42,673 nt of DNA from positions 1 to 42,673 of IMG/VR virus record IMGVR_UViG_3300032157_000024, one strand, 5' to 3'. Shown one piece after another: positions 38,402 through 42,673 of the stretch; within the stretch, counting starts at the first letter, position 1, and the number at the start of each line of letters is the position of its first letter. The translations under genes were made by a program, and so were the position numbers. The DNA is from a virus. Below the pieces are notes generated by a model that was not told the DNA's origin, did not search any database, and was given only the letters and a program-made list of their open reading frames with translations.

Positions 38402-39045
38402 TAGAATGTGGCGAAGCAGGCCGCTTCGCTTCCTGATCCTGATGCGTAGTCGCCGGACGGGGAAATAGACGTGCCTCCAGTGGACGCGCTCGCTCCTGAC
38501 GCGGTATTGGCAGATGGCTGTACATCGTAATCCTCGTTTACTCCACCGCTCCAGGTAACAGTAGTCCCTACAGTTGAGCAGCAGAGTCCAATGCAAAAGC
38601 CACCAGCCACGGAGGTAAGTGTCGCCGTGGCAGGGTCGGAAGCACTGGAATCGGTATCTACGGCGGTATTGGATGTCAGTCCTACTGAACGGTAGACGCC
38701 GATATTCGCGCTACCCTTTACAACAGAAAAACTCAAGACAATATCTGCTGTAGTTCCAGTAGGAACTGCTGCTGTGATTATTGCCGCAGTCACATCACCA
38801 GAAGATCGCTGCACGTTGATGGTAGCCGCGATTCCTCCTACTGTGGCGGAAGATAGAGTGCTAGGCGATATTCCTTCCCCCATGACAAGGACATGGATAC
38901 GGCGGTCACTGGCGGCAGTCCCGATGCTTTCTCCTGAGAATGTGTATACGTCAGTGTTTGTCGTGTCAGTAGTCTCGCCAATGTATGTCAATGCTTTACC
39001 ACTGGTTCCAAACGTAAACGGATTGATGATGAACGTACTACTCAC
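38401..39045 (-). CDS. Hypothetical structural protein (214 aa, Thr/Ser/Gly-rich)
   Basis: ORF in the tail block with an ATGA-type overlap upstream. Confidence 0.5.
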   Translation of the reverse strand: MSSTFIINPFTFGTSGKALTYIGETTDTTNTDVYTFSGESIGTAASDRRIHVLVMGEGISPSTLSSATVGGIAATINVQRSSGDVTAAIITAAVPTGTTADIVLSFSVVKGSANIGVYRSVGLTSNTAVDTDSSASDPATATLTSVAGGFCIGLCCSTVGTTVTWSGGVNEDYDVQPSANTASGASASTGGTSISPSGDYASGSGSEAACFATF

Positions 39046-39545
39046 GTGCGGTTCCCTATGATCGTCACCTTTAGTCCCTTGGCAGTCCCGTCGCCAATCT
39101 GGTCAATGTCAATGGTCATCAGAGCATCGTCGGCAAGGGACGTGTCGCTGACCACTGGCGGAGTCACCGCAGTGGTGCTGGTAGTCTCCCCGTTGTCAAT
39201 GGTGATCTTCGTAGAAATGATCGTTGTTCCTGCCTCGTTGATGTCCACGGTGAATATGTTGCCGCTCGATTGCGCGGTAGTCAGCGAAGCCCTGACCGAT
39301 GACACCGTAAACGCATACGGCATACGGAAAGTCACCTTTGCCGTGCCAGCAGTCAGCGCCGTAGTCTCATCCGAGCAGGCAATGACGAACGACTCCCCCG
39401 CTGTATTCATGGCAACGCGCAGGGAGTTTGGAAGCACCTTCTTCGACGTTGTTACCGATACATCGTCGATGTAGAGAAGGTCTGTTCCGACGACAATATC
39501 GGCTGCTGCCAGTTCCGTCAGTGCTGAGAGTTTTGAGTCGGCCAC
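39042..39545 (-). CDS. Hypothetical structural protein (167 aa) with a fiber-type N-terminal motif
   Basis: MADSKLSALTELAAADIVVGTDLLYIDD resembles the N-terminal anchor motif seen in many podovirus fiber/appendage proteins. Confidence 0.45.
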   Translation of the reverse strand: MADSKLSALTELAAADIVVGTDLLYIDDVSVTTSKKVLPNSLRVAMNTAGESFVIACSDETTALTAGTAKVTFRMPYAFTVSSVRASLTTAQSSGNIFTVDINEAGTTIISTKITIDNGETTSTTAVTPPVVSDTSLADDALMTIDIDQIGDGTAKGLKVTIIGNRT

Positions 39546-39555
39546 TGTCTATCCT

Positions 39556-40263
39556 TCATCCGGTGAATATGTTCTGCCCCGCGTCCCTGCGAACGCCATT
39601 GATGAATGGCAGAGTCATCGTCAGGTCTGGAATGTTCAGGCTCCTGATCGCTGCCTTGGCATCCCTCGCAACCTTGACCAGAAGAGGCGAAGGCTCCTTC
39701 GAGCCAAGGCAGGCATAGAGCGCGAAATTAGTCTCTATGGCATGCTGATAGCCAGGAGGCAACGCAAGAGTTGTGGAAATCGAGGCGAACGTCTGCAACT
39801 GCTTCCAGCTATTGATATACAGCGTCAAGGAGGCAGACGGAACCGGGTAGAGGAAGATGGTCGCAAGCTCGGATTCAAACGCAGAATCGTAGAAAAGGTA
39901 TCGCGGATAGGTGTTGCCATTCGACTTGAGAACGATGCTGCCGTAGGCTTCCGCGCTGATGAGTTGCAACTGAGTGTCTATGCTGCTCGAATCACGGACG
40001 AAGCACGGATCGACGATCTTTGTAGGTCTTGCAGTAGAGAACGTCGCCCCGCTGCCGATCGTGTAGCTCGCCGTGCCAGCGACAAGCGAGAACGATTCCT
40101 GCAAAATCTGGTAGCACATCAGCCTGTCAAGCGACCACGATTCCATGAACGCATTCAACTGCGCGAGCCAGTACGTCTGCTCGGCGCTGGTGAGCGTGTA
40201 GCCGATATGCTTCTCCCCTGTGAGGATCAGGGAGTTGAGGATCATGCTTCCAGGTGTAGCCAT
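39556..40263 (-). CDS. Head-to-tail adaptor / tail tubular protein A-like (235 aa)
   Basis: The pattern ...LNAFMESWSLD...FSLVAGTASYTIGSGATFSTARPTKIV...YPRYLFYD...LPPGYQHAIETNFALY resembles podovirus adaptor/gp11-type proteins, from memory. Confidence 0.45.
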   Translation of the reverse strand: MATPGSMILNSLILTGEKHIGYTLTSAEQTYWLAQLNAFMESWSLDRLMCYQILQESFSLVAGTASYTIGSGATFSTARPTKIVDPCFVRDSSSIDTQLQLISAEAYGSIVLKSNGNTYPRYLFYDSAFESELATIFLYPVPSASLTLYINSWKQLQTFASISTTLALPPGYQHAIETNFALYACLGSKEPSPLLVKVARDAKAAIRSLNIPDLTMTLPFINGVRRDAGQNIFTG

Positions 40264-40265
40264 TT

Positions 40266-41168
40266 CTACCCCGCGTTTACCGCAGCATCGTAGCGTTCAA
40301 TGATTCCTGCGAACCTTTTCAGAAGCTCCTTTTTATGCTCCGTGTTCTGCTCAAGAGGCAGCTTCATAATCATTTCCGCACGAGCCTTGGCCTGCTTGTA
40401 TTCAGGCGTAGGCAGCGTGGCGACTTCTCCCTGATTGGCTTCGATCTTCTCAGCGTTGTCGATGAAGTCCTTGCGAACCCTGCCGATGATCTCACCGAGA
40501 ATTTCAGAGGTTGTCGGCACAGGCCAGCCCAAGGCTGCGGCAATCTTCTTCGCCTCCGCTACCCGCATCGGGCGCGTGTGGTGATAGAAGTCATGCCAGA
40601 AACGAAGGTCGCGCATCCGATGCGTAGCCCTCGGGAAATCAGCCAGTTTCGCGTCGATGTATACCCAGGGATTCTCCGTTGCGAGAATCCAGACTTCCAG
40701 CAGCCACAGGTCATCGAACCAGAACGGGAAGTAGTCTGTATAGATGCGTCCAGCAGCAGCCCTCCACGCCTCTGACACCACGGCCACGGTCACAGGGTCT
40801 TTGTAGGCCGGAGTCCACCACCAGACGCCTTGCGGGTTCTTCTCGTAGGCCTCCGCTATCGCCTTGTCCCACCCCTTTGTAAGACAGATCGTGTCGTCGC
40901 AAAAGGACGTGTAGACATCGGCTGGTATATCCAGCGCAAGCTGGTTAATCAGGGAGCCAAGGGAGGCTTGGCGCTCGGCCACGCGGTAGCCGAGTTTGAG
41001 GCGAATCGACATCGTTTTTGCGATGCCGATGGTCGCCGGGTCGTCTACATCACATCCAATGCAATACTGGACATCATGCTCGCCGCTTGCATTGTTATGA
41101 AGGCTATAGAGAGCCCCCGCAAGCTGCTCTGGCCTTCCGCGAGACGCCAGCAGTACGGTTATTTTCAT
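40266..41168 (-). CDS. GT-A-fold (family-2-like) glycosyltransferase, putative
   Basis: 300 aa. The N-terminus, MKITVLLASRGRPEQLAGALYSLHNN...DVQYCIGCDVDDPAT, then ...TSFCDDTICLTKGWDKAI, matches the beta-alpha-beta plus DxD layout of GT2 enzymes. Confidence 0.55.
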   Translation of the reverse strand: MKITVLLASRGRPEQLAGALYSLHNNASGEHDVQYCIGCDVDDPATIGIAKTMSIRLKLGYRVAERQASLGSLINQLALDIPADVYTSFCDDTICLTKGWDKAIAEAYEKNPQGVWWWTPAYKDPVTVAVVSEAWRAAAGRIYTDYFPFWFDDLWLLEVWILATENPWVYIDAKLADFPRATHRMRDLRFWHDFYHHTRPMRVAEAKKIAAALGWPVPTTSEILGEIIGRVRKDFIDNAEKIEANQGEVATLPTPEYKQAKARAEMIMKLPLEQNTEHKKELLKRFAGIIERYDAAVNAG

Positions 41169-41171
41169 CGG

Positions 41172-41546
41172 TCATGTCGCAATCAGTCCAAGCGCAACAA
41201 GGGCCGCTCTCAGTTCGTTTACCAGAACCACAATCGAGGTCGCCTGAGCGGAGGTAAAGCCAAAGCAAGACGATGAAATCGACGAGTTGATGGCCGCTGT
41301 GGTCACAACCGCAGGCATGGCCGAGGATTGCCGCTGCGTTACAACTGCGGAGGTATAGAACCCAATGGAATCCGCAGAACCATTTCCGATGATGCAGTTG
41401 CCGGTAGCCGTAAGATTGGTGAACGTACCCGCAGCAGCAGTCGTGCCCCCAATCACGGCGTTATTGATGGTAGCGCCTGTGATGGTGCCACCCGTGATGG
41501 TCGGCTGGTCGGTCGCTACACCTGTGTATTTCATGCCTTCTGCCAT
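41172..41546 (-). CDS. Coat-proximal small protein, paralog B (124 aa)
   Basis: Its C-terminal ~55 aa (QRQSSAMPAVVTTAAINSSISSSCFGFTSAQATSIVVLVNELRAALVALGLIAT) are nearly identical in protein sequence to the C-terminus of 41595..41861. The N-terminus has GGT/GAT-type repeats. Confidence 0.65.
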   Translation of the reverse strand: MAEGMKYTGVATDQPTITGGTITGATINNAVIGGTTAAAGTFTNLTATGNCIIGNGSADSIGFYTSAVVTQRQSSAMPAVVTTAAINSSISSSCFGFTSAQATSIVVLVNELRAALVALGLIAT

Positions 41547-41556
41547 TTCAGTCTCC

Positions 41557-41588
41557 TAAAAAGGGCCGGGGCCGTTTCCAGCCCCGGC
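41557..41588 (-). terminator. Rho-independent terminator between the two paralogs
   Basis: The minus strand reads GCCGGGGC-tggaaacg-GCCCCGGC followed by CCTTTTT. The RBS AGGAGAC of the next gene follows directly. Confidence 0.7.
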
Positions 41589-41594
41589 TAAAGC

Positions 41595-41861
41595 TCAGGT
41601 GGCGATGATGCCGATAGCAACCAGCGCGGCCCGCAGTTCGTTAGCCAGGGCCACCAGCGCAGTCGCCTGCGCCGAAGTGAACCCGAAGCACGAAGAACTG
41701 ATGGACGAGTTGATCGCAGCCGTGGTGACGACCGCCGCAACAGCCGAGGACTGGCGCTGCGCGATGGGCGCAATGCCGTAGAACCCGACCTTTTCGGCTG
41801 AGGTAACGCCGATCAGCGCGCCATCCGGGGAGTTGTAGGTTACTGCTTCGTAGGTAGCCAT
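41595..41861 (-). CDS. Coat-proximal small protein, paralog A (88 aa); head decoration/fiber-type family
   Basis: It lies directly downstream of the coat gene. ...EKVGFYGIAPIAQRQSS...FGFTSAQATALVALANELRAALVAIGIIAT matches a small-protein family often found after phage capsid genes. Confidence 0.65.
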   Translation of the reverse strand: MATYEAVTYNSPDGALIGVTSAEKVGFYGIAPIAQRQSSAVAAVVTTAAINSSISSSCFGFTSAQATALVALANELRAALVAIGIIAT

Positions 41862-41873
41862 GTCTGCTTCTCC

Positions 41874-42673
41874 TTATGCGTTGGCCGCGCCAATCATGCG
41901 GCACGCCCACTGCGAGCGAATCGCCTGATAGCCGTACAAAATGTCGATACGAGTGATCTGCTCATCGTTGCGAATGTCCGAGTCCGTCCAGACACGCATC
42001 GACAAGCCCTCAGCGGTCTTGCGAACGCAGCGGTCAGCACCGGCCATCAGAGGCAGTTCGCCGGTAACGAAAGCGAACGCATCGCGGTGGTACATGAGCG
42101 GTTGCACGTAGGACGTTGAAGCCGAGCCAACGATGGTGCAGGTCTTGGTCGTGTAGCTAGACGGCGTGATGTCGGCACCTGTCGAAGTTCCGACATTCTT
42201 TCTCGCCCCGGTGATGTAGATAGTCGGGGAGATCAGGATGTTGGTAGCCGTCGAGCCTGCCAGCACCGTGAACTGCTTAAGGTGCGGGTAAGCCGCCTTC
42301 GTTTCCTGGTTCACGTCGTACAGATCGGCAATCGTGAACACCGTTCCAGCAGCCCACGCGGTCGTGGTCGTGGCAACCGTGATCGCGGTATCTGCGTCTG
42401 TGATGGTGTAGGTGTCCAGCGCGACCGCAGCGGTTCCAGCCGAGTTCGCCATCGTCCATACGCGCTCGTTCTCGTAGTAATCCGCCATCGCTGTGCGACC
42501 GATCAGACCCTCGCGGTACTGCTCCTTGATCTGCTGAGAGTCCTGAAAGAGTCCGGCAAGGCCAGTCACCATCGAGGACATCGTTACGCTGTCCATCTGG
42601 ATATAGCGGTTGTCCTTCGGCGCTTGCGCTTGGTTCAGCTTCGCACGAGCAAGGCCAGGAACCGAGAGGTTCG
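41874..42673 (-). CDS. Major capsid (coat) protein, C-terminal part. It continues upstream through the terminal repeat into 1..545.
   Basis: The frame stays open from 42673 to the stop at 41874. The track ORF at 41874..42596 begins at an internal Met. The sequence is contiguous with the 1..545 fragment. Confidence 0.85.
   Translation of the reverse strand, partial: NLSVPGLARAKLNQAQAPKDNRYIQMDSVTMSSMVTGLAGLFQDSQQIKEQYREGLIGRTAMADYYENERVWTMANSAGTAAVALDTYTITDADTAITVATTTTAWAAGTVFTIADLYDVNQETKAAYPHLKQFTVLAGSTATNILISPTIYITGARKNVGTSTGADITPSSYTTKTCTIVGSASTSYVQPLMYHRDAFAFVTGELPLMAGADRCVRKTAEGLSMRVWTDSDIRNDEQITRIDILYGYQAIRSQWACRMIGAANA
42547..42673. repeat. Terminal direct repeat, copy B (identical to 1..127)
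   Basis: Direct comparison with nt 1-127. Confidence 0.95.

Noticed and set aside
38402-38596. 65-aa N-terminal extension of the tail-protein ORF (track 36617..38596)
   Set aside because: It overlaps the 3' end of the upstream gene and is Arg/Cys-rich. The TAATG junction at 38401 gives a typical coupled start (MPTVRIPLVG...).
36617-41168. A diversity-generating retroelement, as found in some podoviruses with similar tail modules
   Set aside because: No reverse transcriptase ORF was seen, and no template/variable repeat pair was noticed in or after the tail genes.

Overview
The window appears to be one complete, circularly closed genome of a tailed dsDNA phage. Nt 1-127 are identical to nt 42547-42673, so the unique length is 42,546 bp, and the major capsid gene runs across the window ends.

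Layout:
- A roughly 27-kb minus-strand late block runs from 13170 down through 1, wraps, and continues from 42546 down to 28785. In order it encodes TerS, TerL, and a large P22-like portal. Next comes a ~7-kb accessory insertion holding a fiber-like protein, small ORFs and a five-gene nucleotide-sugar pathway. After that come the scaffold, the P22 gp5-like coat, two paralogous small coat-proximal proteins and a GT-A-like glycosyltransferase. The block ends with adaptor/tail proteins, three large ejection-type proteins, holin-like membrane proteins, a lambda R-type endolysin and a lipoprotein.
- An iteron-rich control region lies at 13171-13911.
- Plus-strand early operon 1 spans 13912-16422.
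- A minus-strand replication operon spans 20143 down to 16358 and includes a VRR-NUC nuclease and a primase/SF3 helicase.
- Plus-strand early operon 2 spans 20249-24219 and includes RecT. Most of its genes are chained by ATGA/GTGA start-stop overlaps.
- An accessory arm spans 24237-28795: lipoprotein, tRNA-Thr, RHH protein, P63C-domain protein, IS1595-family transposase and an XRE HTH protein.

I could not recognise an integrase, a CI-type repressor or a DNA polymerase.

The most interesting signal is a translationally coupled sugar operon sitting inside the head-morphogenesis module. It contains a ColD/E1-like 3-dehydratase, two SDR enzymes and a split YerE/acetolactate-synthase-like ThDP enzyme. 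Together with the glycosyltransferase next to the coat gene, this suggests a phage-encoded dideoxy or branched-chain sugar glycosylation system, possibly acting on the virion.

Other oddities:
- a tRNA-derived sequence lying in frame inside the primase ORF;
- a tRNA-Thr with a ~19-nt D-loop insertion;
- an Ala/Ser/Glu/Trp repeat protein;
- a lone opposite-strand moron with its own promoter;
- a conserved late-promoter 10-mer.

All family assignments come from reading motifs by eye; no searches were run.
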